Shown: positions 10,609-22,071, counted from the first letter of the stretch. The stretch: DNA of 64,000 nt from an uncultured Alphaproteobacteria bacterium (GCA_937912005.1 CALDOX010000001.1:85978-149977), one strand, 5' to 3'. A program made the numbers and translations. The notes: generated by a model not told the origin, from the letters alone.

Positions 10609-11376
10609 ATGAAAAATCCGCATCATATTTTAATCACGGGAGCTTCCAGCGGGATAGGAGAAGCTTTGGCTTTATACTATGCTCAAAAAAACGTCACGTT
10701 GTTTTTATGCGGGCAGAATATAAATCGTTTGGGAGATGTGGCTCAGCGCTGCCGTGAAAAAAGAGCGGAAGTTTTTGCGGAAAAGATTGATGTGACGGAT
10801 GCGGCCGCAATGGAAAATTGGATAAACCGATGCGATAAAATAGCAGAATTGGATTTGGTTGTTGCCAATGCGGGCGTTTCCGCCGGTCCGGGGAAAAATG
10901 GCGAATCCGTTGAAGTGACGCGGAAGATTTTTGCCGTCAATGTCGGCGGTGTTTTAAATACGGTTTTGCCCGCTTTGGAAAAAATGAAAAAACGCGGCAA
11001 AGGACAAATCGCTGTGTTGAGTTCGTTGGCCGGATACAGGGGATTGCCTTCGGCGCCGGCGTATTCGGGATCCAAAAATGCCGTGCGCGCTTGGGGCGAA
11101 GCTTTGCGGGGTCATTTGAAACCGCAGGGAATCGAAGTTAATGTCATTTGTCCGGGATTTGTTGTTTCGCGCATTACGGAAAAAAATAAATTTCCTATGC
11201 CTTTTTTAATGCCGGCGGATAATGCCGCCATTATTATTGCCGAAGGTTTAAGAAAAAACAAAGGACGGATTACTTTTCCGCCCCTGTTGGCTTTCAGCGC
11301 CTGGCTGATGAGCTGTTTGCCTTCCGGCATCGCTGAATTTATTTTAACGAAACTGCCTAATAAAGGATCCGATTAA
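10609..11376 (+). CDS. Short-chain dehydrogenase/reductase (SDR) family oxidoreductase
   Basis: TGASSGIG cofactor-binding motif and a YSGSK catalytic motif. Confidence 0.8.
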   Translation: MKNPHHILITGASSGIGEALALYYAQKNVTLFLCGQNINRLGDVAQRCREKRAEVFAEKIDVTDAAAMENWINRCDKIAELDLVVANAGVSAGPGKNGESVEVTRKIFAVNVGGVLNTVLPALEKMKKRGKGQIAVLSSLAGYRGLPSAPAYSGSKNAVRAWGEALRGHLKPQGIEVNVICPGFVVSRITEKNKFPMPFLMPADNAAIIIAEGLRKNKGRITFPPLLAFSAWLMSCLPSGIAEFILTKLPNKGSD

Positions 11377-11828
11377 TCCAGTAAACGTCCCCACGGGAAA
11401 ACACGGCGCAGATCTTTGTAATCATCTGTCATTTGGTTAAAAGCTTCATTCAATTCGTTGCCGAATACGTCAAAATCTATGCGGTCTTCAATTTCAAATT
11501 CATCCAACAGAGAAAGCAATAAATATTCCGCAAAAATTCGCGCGGCAGAAGTTTTTGAAACAAATCCCAAAATCCTGAATTCAGTCAACAGAATTTGTTT
11601 GTAATCTTTTAAATTTTCCAGTGATTTCAATTTATTGGCCAAAAGAGGATCCAAATCTTTTCTGACATGCAATGCCGTGTCAACCATAGCGTTAACGCGC
11701 AGGGCGCGCTCATCTTCTTCGGATAAATCGCTTTCGTCAGATTTTTCCATTAAATCAATTAATGTTTCTTCATACATATCCATAAATTCCTGACGAACAG
11801 GATCTGTGACGGGAGTTTGTGCGTTCAT
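11373..11828 (-). CDS. Hypothetical acidic protein, 151 aa
   Basis: ORF with coding-like composition. No recognisable motif. Confidence 0.4.
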   Translation of the reverse strand: MNAQTPVTDPVRQEFMDMYEETLIDLMEKSDESDLSEEDERALRVNAMVDTALHVRKDLDPLLANKLKSLENLKDYKQILLTEFRILGFVSKTSAARIFAEYLLLSLLDEFEIEDRIDFDVFGNELNEAFNQMTDDYKDLRRVFPWGRLLD

Positions 11829-11901
11829 GTTTCAACCTTTAAAAAAATAATTATGAAAAGCATAACATCTTTAAATAAAAGATACAAAGCTAAAAAAGCT
11901 G

Positions 11902-12432
11902 TTATTGAAAGCCGGTCGGCTGACGACACAAGCGGTTAATCGCATCCATCGCGTTGTTAAAGCCTTTCAATGAAAAAACATCATGTGTTTCAACACCTTC
12001 TATCGTTAATCCGCGAACGGTAACCCGGACGGCTTTATTCATTGCTTTGGCGATGTCATCGTCGGTTTTCAGGTTTTTGGCCCAGGCGGTATCTTCACTG
12101 GTAAACAGGTTTGCTTTAACGTTTCCGACCCGGAATTGTACTTCGGAGCGGGGCATATAGGTATAGCCGGCAACAAATGTCAAAACGTCAAACATTTGTT
12201 CATTCGGGCGGTGAGAAACAATTAAAAACACATCTCCGCGGCGGGTGTATTCTCCCGTCGATTTTAAAGGCTGTGAGGAAACGAAGCAGACTTTGTCTTT
12301 TTTATCTTTAAAAATATATGCGTTCCAATCGTCAAAAACACCAATATGGTCGACTTTTTTAGCATCTATCAAATTTTGAGCGCTGCAGGGAACGGAAAAC
12401 AGCATCAAAAAAAAGAACAAAAACTTTTTCAT
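11902..12432 (-). CDS. Secreted periplasmic protein, possibly of the IalB (invasion-associated locus B) family
   Basis: Signal peptide MKKFLFFFLMLFSVPCSAQ. Size of about 175 aa and the conserved C-terminal region resemble alphaproteobacterial IalB-like proteins. Confidence 0.4.
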   Translation of the reverse strand: MKKFLFFFLMLFSVPCSAQNLIDAKKVDHIGVFDDWNAYIFKDKKDKVCFVSSQPLKSTGEYTRRGDVFLIVSHRPNEQMFDVLTFVAGYTYMPRSEVQFRVGNVKANLFTSEDTAWAKNLKTDDDIAKAMNKAVRVTVRGLTIEGVETHDVFSLKGFNNAMDAINRLCRQPTGFQ

Positions 12433-12446
12433 GCCATATTCTCCTT

Positions 12447-13085
12447 TTAATTTTTATTCAAGACACCGGTAATTTTACTCAGATCAGGTTTAACAAATAA
12501 TGAAGCATACAATTCAATCCAGAAATCAACCGTGTTTTTCAGGGATGTTTCTTTATTCAGATTTTCGGGAATGTTTTGCGCTTCCGGAGCCAACAGTGCC
12601 GAAAAAGAAAGGCGCCTGGGCAGTTTTTGTCGGATTTCTTCGTTGCGGCAGATGACTTTTTTACTGTCCGCCAGCATTAAAGAGGCATAACGGGAGAATT
12701 TTTCATTTTCCTGAACCAAAGTTACAAAGGGGACGCGATTCATTTTGGATGTGTTTCCCCAACATAAAAGAGACAACACATCAGGACAATGCATCACATT
12801 GATTTGATGGGATTTGAAATAAAAAAAGGAAAAAATGGCGGAACGAATTAATTTGAACAGAACGGTTAAATAAAAATCCCGGGAACCGACAGGTGCCGCG
12901 AATGCGACTTCCTCATAAGAAAGGCCCGCTTTTTTCAAAGCATCCGAAGTCCGCCCGGGTTTATCAACCGTAATCAGTAAATCGACAGCGCGTTTTTGTT
13001 TTAATCGAGAAAGGATTTCAATGAAATTCAAAGTGTTTTCCGAAAAGCTGTCTTCCATAAAAGGGTATAAGACCGTTAATTTCAT
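12447..13085 (-). CDS. Hypothetical protein, possibly a glycosyltransferase-like N-terminal-domain fragment
   Basis: 212-aa ORF. Its start overlaps the rsmB stop by 4 nt. Weak resemblance only. Confidence 0.35.
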   Translation of the reverse strand: MKLTVLYPFMEDSFSENTLNFIEILSRLKQKRAVDLLITVDKPGRTSDALKKAGLSYEEVAFAAPVGSRDFYLTVLFKLIRSAIFSFFYFKSHQINVMHCPDVLSLLCWGNTSKMNRVPFVTLVQENEKFSRYASLMLADSKKVICRNEEIRQKLPRRLSFSALLAPEAQNIPENLNKETSLKNTVDFWIELYASLFVKPDLSKITGVLNKN

Positions 13086-14392
13086 GCTTTTTTCTCCTTT
13101 TTTCTTAATCGAGCCGCGTAAAATCCGTCGCAGCCGCCGCTGGTTTCATAAAAGAAGGGAAGAATCAGCAGATCTCCGTCTTTTGTGATCATTTCTTTCG
13201 GAACCTCGGAAGGTTCCAAGGGAATTCGTTCAACCAATCCGGATCGGACAGCTTTATCAATAAGTCCGCGCCCTTCTTCAGGCAAAATCGAACAAACGCA
13301 GTAAACCATTTCCGCGTCATCCGTCATCATTTGGACGGCCGTTTCCAATAATTGCTTTTGAGTTATTTGCAGTCTGGAAATATCTTGAAGCGTGCGATGC
13401 CACACGACATCAGGATGACGGCGCAAAGTTCCGGTTGCCGAACATGGGGCGTCCAATAAAACAATGTCGAATTTTTCATTTTTGTTCCATTCGCGCATAT
13501 CCGTGCAGATTGTTTTGGCGGAAAAATGAAGACGGTCGAGATTTTCTTTCAATCGTTTGATTCTGTTTTCTGAAATGTCGATAGCGGTAACTTCGGCTCC
13601 GGCTAAAATCATTTGAGCCGTTTTTCCGCCTGGCGCAGCGCAAATATCAGCCGCTTTTTTGCCTTTTAAAGAATGAAACAGCCGCGCGGGCACAGCGGCG
13701 GATAAATCCTGTATCCACCAAGCTCCCTCTTCATATCCGGGAAGTTGGGGAACGGAAGCTTGTTTTTCCCTTCTCAGAGAGCCTGTCGGCATTAAAATCG
13801 CTTCCAATCGATCAGACCATATTTCCGAATCGGCTTTTATGCTGAAATCCAAAGGCGCTTCCCGTAATCCGGTATTCGCTATTTTTTCGGCATTCTGCTG
13901 TCCGTATTCCTTAACCCATTTTTCAAACAGCCATGTGGGAATGTTAAGTCTTGCCGTATTCTGTTTTTCAGCGATTTTTTTTCCTTCTTTGGCAATCCTG
14001 CGCAGGACGGCATTGGCTAATCCCGAAAATCCGCTGTATTTTCTGCTGTTTTTAATCAGGGAAACGCCCGTTGAAACGGCTGCATGTGCCGGAGTATCCA
14101 AAAAAACAAGCTGTGCTGCACTGATTCTGAGAACGTCAAAAACGTAAGCGGTTTTTTCCGGCAGGGGTTTTTTCAGAAATCGGAAAAGAATATCGTCAAT
14201 CTGTCCCAACCGACGCAATAAAGTCGTAACCAAAAGACGGACAAATGTCCGATCTCTGTTTTCTAAAGGTTCCTTTTTTTCCTGATAATTCATACAGGCC
14301 GCATATTCTTCTTCCAACCCTTTGCCATGTCTGAAAACGGCGTCAAAAATTCCGACAGCTAAATGACGCGTCAGTAAATCAGGATTGTTCAT
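13082..14392 (-). CDS. rsmB: 16S rRNA (cytosine967-C5)-methyltransferase RsmB/Sun
   Basis: NusB-like N-terminus, AdoMet motif DICAAPGGKT and catalytic DAPCSATG. Start placed at the MNNPDLL methionine; the ORF track extends to 14431 over a poly-K run. Confidence 0.85.
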   Translation of the reverse strand: MNNPDLLTRHLAVGIFDAVFRHGKGLEEEYAACMNYQEKKEPLENRDRTFVRLLVTTLLRRLGQIDDILFRFLKKPLPEKTAYVFDVLRISAAQLVFLDTPAHAAVSTGVSLIKNSRKYSGFSGLANAVLRRIAKEGKKIAEKQNTARLNIPTWLFEKWVKEYGQQNAEKIANTGLREAPLDFSIKADSEIWSDRLEAILMPTGSLRREKQASVPQLPGYEEGAWWIQDLSAAVPARLFHSLKGKKAADICAAPGGKTAQMILAGAEVTAIDISENRIKRLKENLDRLHFSAKTICTDMREWNKNEKFDIVLLDAPCSATGTLRRHPDVVWHRTLQDISRLQITQKQLLETAVQMMTDDAEMVYCVCSILPEEGRGLIDKAVRSGLVERIPLEPSEVPKEMITKDGDLLILPFFYETSGGCDGFYAARLRKKEKKA

Positions 14393-15530
14393 CGTTCTGT
14401 TTTCCTTTTTTTTCTTCCTTTTTTTTCTCATAAGTTCCTTTTAAAAAGGAAACAGCCGAAACAGTTTCCGTAATGCCTGTCTGTGCGGTTTCTTTCGCGC
14501 CTTTAACCAGATCTATAATGCCCGTTTTGTTGTCAGAAATCATAATATTCAGATACATTTTGAGGAACAACAGTACGGTCAAAAGGATCATTTGAAACTG
14601 TAAGTCACTGATAATTAAGATAAAAATCGTTATATCTGTTAAAAGATTATAACGAAGAACCACACGGATGACTGTTGCTTTATATGGCGTTCTGTTCATT
14701 AAATTTTCGAAAAAGAACAAAGGCTCTTTTTGTCTTTTGAGCAAGTTGGAGAAAAAGCGAAAAAGAACAACAACAAGTTCAAAGATAATATATCCGATCA
14801 GCAAAAAACTCATTCCCCAATTTTTTGTAGGAAGTGCAAAAAAAGCGAATCCCGTCAACAACAGACAAAAAATATTCCGTACGGCATTTTGTATCGGCAA
14901 TTTATAATGGAGAACGCAATAAAACGGGGTCAGCATCAGCATGATAGGAAACAACACGCCGATAACCTGCAATAAAGAAACGGGAGAGTAGCTCAAAAAG
15001 AAAAGTATCGGCAATACCGCGAATCCCATATGCAGAGATTGAATGACGACAATTCCTTCAAACCGGTCGGCCAATATGCAGAAAAACTTGTAACAGATAA
15101 ACCATCCTAATCCGGTCAGGGCTTGGACGGCTTCCGGAGGCAAAGAAGTTTTGAATGGCAGACTGTCTTTCGGCAGTATAAAAACGAATCCCAGAATGCC
15201 GGCCAATTCTAAAAGAGAGCTTAAAACGGTTCCGCCTTTTAATTTATTTAAAAGACCGGATATAATGAACAGGAGAACTAATCCTAAGAAATATAAAAAT
15301 TTTATTTCATAAAACCAAGTTTTGTCTTCTGAAAAGCAAAACAAAGCGCCATAGCCGATTAAAAGGCTGATCGCTTGAATGAGGTAGGCGTATTTTAAAG
15401 TTGGAACGACGTGTTCGTTATAAATATGTTCATTTAATCGGCTTTGATAAAACAAAAAATAGCCATATAACGCGATAATGTTGAAAAACAGCAGGCATGC
15501 TGTAAAAATAAGATAAAAGGTGATTGTCAT
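14379..15530 (-). CDS. Hypothetical polytopic membrane protein, about 10 TM, AT-rich
   Basis: Highly hydrophobic 383-aa ORF. Overlaps the rsmB start. Confidence 0.5.
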   Translation of the reverse strand: MTITFYLIFTACLLFFNIIALYGYFLFYQSRLNEHIYNEHVVPTLKYAYLIQAISLLIGYGALFCFSEDKTWFYEIKFLYFLGLVLLFIISGLLNKLKGGTVLSSLLELAGILGFVFILPKDSLPFKTSLPPEAVQALTGLGWFICYKFFCILADRFEGIVVIQSLHMGFAVLPILFFLSYSPVSLLQVIGVLFPIMLMLTPFYCVLHYKLPIQNAVRNIFCLLLTGFAFFALPTKNWGMSFLLIGYIIFELVVVLFRFFSNLLKRQKEPLFFFENLMNRTPYKATVIRVVLRYNLLTDITIFILIISDLQFQMILLTVLLFLKMYLNIMISDNKTGIIDLVKGAKETAQTGITETVSAVSFLKGTYEKKKEEKKGKQNDEQS

Positions 15531-15576
15531 TGATGACTCCGTTTTTCAGATTATCCGCAAAAAAATTAACAAACCT

Positions 15577-16080
15577 CTATAATCTGCAAAGATAACACAG
15601 TATACAGCAATTTTCTTTTGTTTTTGAAATATATTCCGTCCTTTCCGAAAAAAAAGAAAATCCGGCTTTTTCGAAGGCGCTTAAAGAAGCACGGTTTCCT
15701 TTGCGAATATCGGCGGTCAAAAGGGTGACGTTTTTCGCTTTCATATAATGTTGTAAAGAAATCAGAGCTTCCGTTCCTATTCCTTCCCCGCGCCGATGCG
15801 GAGAAATATTGATCATCACTTCAATTGCGGTTTGATCGGGATATTCGGAAAGAGAAGTCGGTTCAAACCGGATAAAACCGACCGGTTCGCCGCCTTCAAC
15901 AACAAAAACGGGATCAAACGGCGGATTTTCGAAGTAACCCGCATTATATTCCAGCCAGAACGAATCCCAGCTTTTAGGCAAAGCAATATAAGAAGAAGCG
16001 ATTGTTGCCGGATCATTGCGCCACGCAAAAACAATGCGGGCGTCTTCTTTTTTATTTTGGCACGGCTGCAGAGTAATCAT
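15577..16080 (-). CDS. GNAT family N-acetyltransferase
   Basis: Conserved acetyl-CoA binding core (RRGEGIGTEAL). Confidence 0.7.
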   Translation of the reverse strand: MITLQPCQNKKEDARIVFAWRNDPATIASSYIALPKSWDSFWLEYNAGYFENPPFDPVFVVEGGEPVGFIRFEPTSLSEYPDQTAIEVMINISPHRRGEGIGTEALISLQHYMKAKNVTLLTADIRKGNRASLSAFEKAGFSFFSERTEYISKTKENCCILCYLCRL

Positions 16081-16140
16081 TGTTCTAACCTATCCTTTCG
16101 TGCTAAAATCCAGTTTAAATGATTAAAGGAAATAAGCAAT

Positions 16141-16395
16141 ATGTTCAGAGTATTGTACAGTGTTCTTTTGCCGTTTATACTGCCGTTCGTATTCTATTGG
16201 ATATATCGGCGGCGGCGCGGTATGAAACAGGAATTTTATCCCGTACAGACACTAACGGCGGCGGGATTGGGGCTCGTTTTGGTTTTTTTATTTATGTTTT
16301 CCATACCGGATAAAGCGCCTGCCGACAGTGCCTATGTACCGCCTAAATTTGAAAACGGGCAGATTGTTCCGGCAACGCTGCAGACCAGGAATTAA
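16141..16395 (+). CDS. Small membrane protein, 84 aa
   Basis: Two hydrophobic helices. A plausible start lies after the divergent intergenic region. Confidence 0.35.
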   Translation: MFRVLYSVLLPFILPFVFYWIYRRRRGMKQEFYPVQTLTAAGLGLVLVFLFMFSIPDKAPADSAYVPPKFENGQIVPATLQTRN

Positions 16396-17867
16396 AATCC
16401 GTCTGTTTGATTTGAAGTCTGACCGATCCAATCGCCGAAGCGGGTGAACTGGCCTTCGAAAGATAAGTCGATCGTTCCTAAAGAACCATGACGCTGTTTA
16501 GCTATAATCAATTCAGCTTTTTTTTCTAAATCAACCAAGGATTTTTCCCATTTCCGCATACGGTCATTGAATTTATCGTCAGTTTCGTTTTGCTTTTGAA
16601 CAGGCATATTGCTTTTTAAGTAGTAATGTTCCCGAAAAACGAACATAACGATATCCGCGTCTTGTTCGATAGAACCGGAATCACGCAGGTCTGAAAGAAG
16701 CGGACGTTTGTCATCCCGTTGTTCTACCGCGCGGTTCAACTGGGAAAGAACCAGAACGGGAACATTTAAATCTTTGGCCATGATTTTTAGCAGACGAGTC
16801 GTTTCCGTTAAACCGCGCACCATATCTCCTTTGTAGGCGGAGGTTGACATATCGATTAACTGCAAATAGTCAATGACAACCAATCCCAATCCTTTGTTTT
16901 GATCGCGCTTCAGGCGGCGGCAGCGGTTGTGAATGGCGGCAACGGTCAATCCCGGCGTATCGTCAACATATAAAGGAACTTTTTCCCGTTCGCCGACAAA
17001 AGTGACAATGCGTCGAAATTCGTCATCGGTAATTTTACCGCTGCGCAGTTTTTCGGAAGAAATCTGCGTTTCCATCGAAAGGATACGGCTGGCTAATTGG
17101 GAAGAAGACATTTCCAAAGAAAAGAAAGCGACTCCGCGGCGCTCTTTAACACTTTCCATAAAGCTTCGTGCCGTGTTAAAAGCCAGACAAGTAGCAAAAG
17201 CCGTTTTTCCCATACCGGGACGCCCGGCCAGAATGATTAAATCTGAATTGTGCAGCCCGCTCATTTTCTTGTCTAAATCGCGGAATCCTGTCGGAACGCC
17301 GGAAAGACCATCCGGATTTTTTCGGGCTTCCGCGACTTCCTGTATGACTTCGTCCAAAGCGCTATGGAATGGTTTGGGGCCGCCGTCGATCTGCCCTTCT
17401 GTTCCCAATTCATACAATTTCTTTTCCGCCTGCGACATTTGGAGCTCGGCGTCGTTGTCTAAATTTACGGCATAAGCGCCATTGACAATATCTGTGCCGA
17501 TATTGATCAGCTGGCGGCGCAAATAGCGATCAAAGATCAGTTTGCCGTAATCTTCGGCATTAATAATTGTGACGGCAGCTGCGGCTAAATCCATTAAATA
17601 TTTAATGCCGCCGACCTCGTCCAGCAATCCGTCATTTGCCAAATATCCTTTTAAAGTGACGGGATCGGCCGTGTGTCCGCGCGAATGCAGCGTACAGATC
17701 GCCTGATAAATGGCGGCATGAACCGGGCTGGCAAAGTGAAAGGGTTTTAAAAATTCGGATACTTTTTCCAAAGCATGATTGTTGGCCAGAATCGCGCCCA
17801 GCAAAGCTTGTTCGGCTTCAATATTGCGCGGCGGCAGGCGGGCGGGGATTTCTTCTGCTGAGGTCAT
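16392..17867 (-). CDS. dnaB: Replicative DNA helicase DnaB
   Basis: Walker A GRPGMGKTAFA, characteristic N- and C-terminal domains. 491 aa. Confidence 0.95.
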   Translation of the reverse strand: MTSAEEIPARLPPRNIEAEQALLGAILANNHALEKVSEFLKPFHFASPVHAAIYQAICTLHSRGHTADPVTLKGYLANDGLLDEVGGIKYLMDLAAAAVTIINAEDYGKLIFDRYLRRQLINIGTDIVNGAYAVNLDNDAELQMSQAEKKLYELGTEGQIDGGPKPFHSALDEVIQEVAEARKNPDGLSGVPTGFRDLDKKMSGLHNSDLIILAGRPGMGKTAFATCLAFNTARSFMESVKERRGVAFFSLEMSSSQLASRILSMETQISSEKLRSGKITDDEFRRIVTFVGEREKVPLYVDDTPGLTVAAIHNRCRRLKRDQNKGLGLVVIDYLQLIDMSTSAYKGDMVRGLTETTRLLKIMAKDLNVPVLVLSQLNRAVEQRDDKRPLLSDLRDSGSIEQDADIVMFVFREHYYLKSNMPVQKQNETDDKFNDRMRKWEKSLVDLEKKAELIIAKQRHGSLGTIDLSFEGQFTRFGDWIGQTSNQTDGF

Positions 17868-17947
17868 AATCGGTATCCTTTGTGATAAAATGACGGCGGG
17901 AGGTTTGTTTGAAATCCCCCCGCCCTCGTTCTGTGACAGTTTAAAGA

Positions 17948-18490
17948 TTAAGCTTCGGCTGCGGCCGCTTCTTCAACAACAGCAACTTCCGCAGCAGCTT
18001 TGGCGGCGGCTTTGGCAGCAGCCTTAGCATTGCGTTCGGCTTCTTCGGCAGAACGGGCAACCATAACGTTGACCATACGGCTGACATCCGGATGCAAAAC
18101 GATGCGGACGCTGAATGAACCGATTTCTTTCAGCGGCTGATCCAAAACAACCTGACGGCGTTCAATGGTGTAACCGGCTTCGCGAATCGCATCGCGAACG
18201 TCACGCCCTGTCACCGATCCGTACAATTGTCCTGTTTCGGCAGCCTGACGAATGATTACCAGATTCAAACCTTCCATTTTGGCGGCGATCTGTTCGGCTT
18301 CTTCTTTGCGTTTCAGATTGGCGGCTTCCAGCTGAACTTTGCGCGTTTCAAACAAAGCTAAATTTTCTTTGTTTGAACGCAAAGCCTTCGCCTGAGGCAG
18401 CAGGTAATTGCGGGCAAATCCGGGTTTTACCTTGACGATATCGCCCATTTGTCCGAGCTTTTCAATGCGTTCCAGCAAAATAACTTCCAT
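17948..18490 (-). CDS. rplI: 50S ribosomal protein L9 with an Ala/Lys-rich C-terminal extension
   Basis: MEVILLERIEKLGQMGDIVKVKPGFARNYL N-terminus. Confidence 0.9.
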   Translation of the reverse strand: MEVILLERIEKLGQMGDIVKVKPGFARNYLLPQAKALRSNKENLALFETRKVQLEAANLKRKEEAEQIAAKMEGLNLVIIRQAAETGQLYGSVTGRDVRDAIREAGYTIERRQVVLDQPLKEIGSFSVRIVLHPDVSRMVNVMVARSAEEAERNAKAAAKAAAKAAAEVAVVEEAAAAEA

Positions 18491-18505
18491 AATCCTACTC
18501 CTTCC

Positions 18506-18742
18506 TTAGTCCATGACATAAGGCAGCAGACCCAGAAAACGGGCGCGCTTGATCGCTTTGGCCAATTCGCGCTGTTTCTTGACGGAAACGGCGGTAATGC
18601 GGCTGGGAACAATCTTGCCGCGTTCGGAAATGAAGCGCTGCAACAACTTAATATCTTTATAATCGATTTTCGGGGCGTCCTTGGCCGCGAACGGACAAGC
18701 CTTGCGGCGGCGGAAGAACGGACGGCGTGCTACTGTAGCCAT
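18506..18742 (-). CDS. rpsR: 30S ribosomal protein S18
   Basis: Conserved [18 protein letters not shown] block. Confidence 0.9.
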   Translation of the reverse strand: MATVARRPFFRRRKACPFAAKDAPKIDYKDIKLLQRFISERGKIVPSRITAVSVKKQRELAKAIKRARFLGLLPYVMD

Positions 18743-19137
18743 TAGAATTCCTCGCTTTCATCTTCAATATCAAACTTGTCATCAAATTTTCTGGCACGGC
18801 TTCTGATATCTTTTCCTTTATAAGACATCATCGCGGACGGGCCGTCTTCCAATTCGTCAACGCGGACGGACAGGTAACGGATCACATCTTCATCAAAACG
18901 CATTTGGCGTTCCAATTCCATGATCGCTTTTGCCGGAGCGTCAATATTGAACAGGACATAGTGTCCTTTGCGGTTTTTCTTCATACGGTAAGCCAGAGAA
19001 CGCAATCCCCAGTTTTCCTTTTTTGTCACTTTGCCGCCGTTGGCCGTGATCACGCCTTCAAAGCGTTCGATCAAAGCGTCAACCTGAGAAGCGGCAATAT
19101 CCTGACGTGCGATAAACACGTTTTCATATAAAGCCAT
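18742..19137 (-). CDS. rpsF: 30S ribosomal protein S6
   Basis: [14 protein letters not shown] start preceded by an AAAGGAG RBS. The ORF track extends upstream to an alternative start. Confidence 0.9.
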   Translation of the reverse strand: MALYENVFIARQDIAASQVDALIERFEGVITANGGKVTKKENWGLRSLAYRMKKNRKGHYVLFNIDAPAKAIMELERQMRFDEDVIRYLSVRVDELEDGPSAMMSYKGKDIRSRARKFDDKFDIEDESEEF

Positions 19138-19363
19138 TAAAATTCTCCTTTTGGCTTCTCTCAACTTCAAAAAAACAACAATCCCCCATGGACGGCCGCT
19201 TCGAAGCATAGCCGGTCCGTTATGCCGGCAAGGAGTAAACGGAAGCTGAACTATACTCAATCTTTATCTTAAATGCAAGAAAATGATTCCGAGATTGACA
19301 AAACCGACTCTTTCATTTTAAATCGGAAACCCTAAAGTTAATTTTTTCAGAAGGACTTATAAA

Positions 19364-20593
19364 ATGAGCAAACCCAGAGTCGTTTTAGCCTATTCCGGCG
19401 GATTGGATACGTCGGTCATTTTAAGATGGCTGATCAACAAAGGCTTTGACGTTATTACCTATACGGCTGACGTCGGACAAGACGATGATTTTAAAGCGAT
19501 TGAAGAAAAAGCGTTGAAATGCGGTGCAATTAAGGCTTATGTGCTTGATTTAAAACGCGAATTCGTCACGGACTATATTTATCCCAGCTTTAAAGCCGCG
19601 GCGATTTACGAGGACCGCTATCTGTTGGGCACGTCGATTGCGCGTCCCGTTATCATCAAGCACCATGTTCGTATTGCTGCGGAAGAAGGTGCGGAATATA
19701 TCGCGCACGGCGCAACTGGCAAAGGAAACGATCAGGTTCGCTTTGAATTGGGAGCTTATGCGTTAAATCCGGCGATCAAGATTATTTCTCCGTGGAAAGA
19801 TCCCGAATTTTTGAATGAATTCCAGGGGCGTCCGGACATGCTGGCCTATGCCGAAAAATATGGCATCGAAATCAAAAAGCATGCGGGAAAAGCGTACAGC
19901 GAAGACGACAACCTGCTGCATATCAGTCACGAATCCGGCATTTTGGAAGATCCGGATACGGAATGTCCGCAAAGCGTTTATTCCAAATCCGTTTCTCCGC
20001 AGGAAGCGCCGGATAAGACAACGAAAATCGCCTTGTCTTTTGAAAAAGGGATTCCTGTAAAGCTGGAAAATCTTTCCGATGGCACGGTTGTGACAGATCC
20101 TTTGGATTTATTCGTATATTTGGATAAATTAGGCAGCGAAAACGGTATCGGACGGCTGGATATGGTTGAAAACCGTTTCGTCGGCATCAAGTCTCGCGGT
20201 GTGTACGAAACGCCGGGGGGAACGATTTTACATGCGGCACATATCGATTTGATGGGTTTGTGCGTCGATCGCGAAGTTTATCGCCTGAACCAGCAATTCG
20301 GCATTAAAATCGCTGATTTGATTTACAACGGTTTCTGGTTCTCGCCGGAAATGGAAGTGCTGATGAAATCCGTTGATGTTTGCCAGCAGAACGTCAACGG
20401 CCGTGTTGTTGTCGAATTGTACAAAGGCAACGTTTATCCGGTGGCGCGTTCCAGTGAAACGACTCCATACGACGCAAATATTGCTTCTATGGACATTCAC
20501 GGCGGATTTAACCAGATGGATTCCTGGGGCTTTATTAAAATCAATGCCGTTCGCTTGACGGGCGATTACAGAATGAAACATCAGAAAAAATGA
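19364..20593 (+). CDS. argG: Argininosuccinate synthase
   Basis: [11 protein letters not shown]-loop. Full length, 409 aa. Confidence 0.95.
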   Translation: MSKPRVVLAYSGGLDTSVILRWLINKGFDVITYTADVGQDDDFKAIEEKALKCGAIKAYVLDLKREFVTDYIYPSFKAAAIYEDRYLLGTSIARPVIIKHHVRIAAEEGAEYIAHGATGKGNDQVRFELGAYALNPAIKIISPWKDPEFLNEFQGRPDMLAYAEKYGIEIKKHAGKAYSEDDNLLHISHESGILEDPDTECPQSVYSKSVSPQEAPDKTTKIALSFEKGIPVKLENLSDGTVVTDPLDLFVYLDKLGSENGIGRLDMVENRFVGIKSRGVYETPGGTILHAAHIDLMGLCVDREVYRLNQQFGIKIADLIYNGFWFSPEMEVLMKSVDVCQQNVNGRVVVELYKGNVYPVARSSETTPYDANIASMDIHGGFNQMDSWGFIKINAVRLTGDYRMKHQKK

Positions 20594-21963
20594 GCAAAGT
20601 CAATCAAATGTGGGGCGGGCGTTTTGACCTGCCCCCGTCTGAGTTAATGCAGGAAATCAATGCCTCTTTGCCATACGACAGACGTTTGTATGCGCAGGAT
20701 ATACGCGGATCGAAAGCGCATGCGGCGATGTTGGCGAAGCAGGGGATTTTGACTTCCGAAGAAGAAAAGAAAATACAGGAAGGACTGTCTTTGATTTTAA
20801 AGGAAATCCAAGACGGTCGTTTTGAATTCCGCCGCGAATTGGAAGACATTCATATGGCTGTCGAAGCCAGATTAAAAGAACTGATCGGCGAAACGGGCGG
20901 AAAACTGCACACGGCGAGATCGCGCAACGATCAGGTTGCCGTCGATATGAAGTTGTTTGTGCGGGAAGAATGCGAAAAAGCGATAGCTTTATTAAAGGAT
21001 TTACGGCGTGTGTTGAAAAAGCGGGCGGCGGAAAATGTTGAAACGATTATGCCCGGTTTTACGCATCTACAAGTGGCGCAGCCTGTTTCTTTCGGTTTTT
21101 ATCTGCACGCCTATTATGAAATGTTCGGGCGCGATATCAGACGGTTCGAAAATGCTTTTGACGTGATGGCCGAATGTCCGTTGGGTGCGGCGGCTCTGGC
21201 CGGAACGCCGTACGATACGGACCGTTTCTTTACGGCGGAAAAGCTTGGCTTTAAAGCGCCGACCAAGAACGCTTTGGACAGTGTATCCGATCGTGATTTT
21301 GTGTTGGAATATTTGTCCTGCGTGTCAATCTGCGCAATGCACCTGTCCCGTTTGGCCGAAGAAATGGTCGTATTTTCTTCTCAACCGTTCGGATTTGTGA
21401 AAATGCCGCAGGAATACACTTCGGGCAGCTCGATCATGCCGCAAAAGTGCAATCCTGATGCAGCTGAGTTGCTGCGCGCAAAAACGGGACGGATTTATGG
21501 CAGTCTGACGACTTTATTGACCGTTATGAAAGGACTTCCTCTGGCCTATTCCAAAGATATGCAGGAAGATAAAGAGTGTTTGTTTGACGCATGCGATACG
21601 TTGGCATTGGAATTAAAAGTGATGACGGCAGTCGTCAACGAACTGACGGTACACGCGGACAATATGCGCAAAGCTTTGGAAAACGGGTTCCCGACGGCAA
21701 CCGATTTAGCTGATTGGCTGGTAAAAAAAGCCGGCGTTCCTTTCCGTGAAGCGCATCATATTACAGGACTGATCGTCAAGTTTGCCGAACAAAAAGGATT
21801 GCGGCTGATGGACATTCCTTTGGCGGAAATGCAAAAAATTTGTCCGCAAATTGCGCAAGACGTTTACGCTGTTCTGAATGTCGAAGCATCATTAAACGCT
21901 CGGAAAAGCTATGGCGGAACGGCGCCGGATCAACTTCGGCAGAGATTGGCGGAAGAAGTTTAG
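20590..21963 (+). CDS. argH: Argininosuccinate lyase
   Basis: Fumarate-lyase signature [16 protein letters not shown] overlap with argG. Confidence 0.95.
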   Translation: MSKVNQMWGGRFDLPPSELMQEINASLPYDRRLYAQDIRGSKAHAAMLAKQGILTSEEEKKIQEGLSLILKEIQDGRFEFRRELEDIHMAVEARLKELIGETGGKLHTARSRNDQVAVDMKLFVREECEKAIALLKDLRRVLKKRAAENVETIMPGFTHLQVAQPVSFGFYLHAYYEMFGRDIRRFENAFDVMAECPLGAAALAGTPYDTDRFFTAEKLGFKAPTKNALDSVSDRDFVLEYLSCVSICAMHLSRLAEEMVVFSSQPFGFVKMPQEYTSGSSIMPQKCNPDAAELLRAKTGRIYGSLTTLLTVMKGLPLAYSKDMQEDKECLFDACDTLALELKVMTAVVNELTVHADNMRKALENGFPTATDLADWLVKKAGVPFREAHHITGLIVKFAEQKGLRLMDIPLAEMQKICPQIAQDVYAVLNVEASLNARKSYGGTAPDQLRQRLAEEV

Positions 21964-22071
21964 CCTTTTTTTGTGAAAAAATAGAGAAAATTTTGTCAAA
22001 AAAAAGCTTTTCCTTTTGAAAAAGTTTTTATATGATAAAGGGAATGTTTTATCATTAGTGATGGTGACGCA

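Noticed and set aside
18742-19260. The 172-aa ORF-track extension of rpsF
   Set aside because: The conserved S6 N-terminus MALYENVF with an AAAGGAG RBS starts at 19137. The upstream extension is an unconserved leader.
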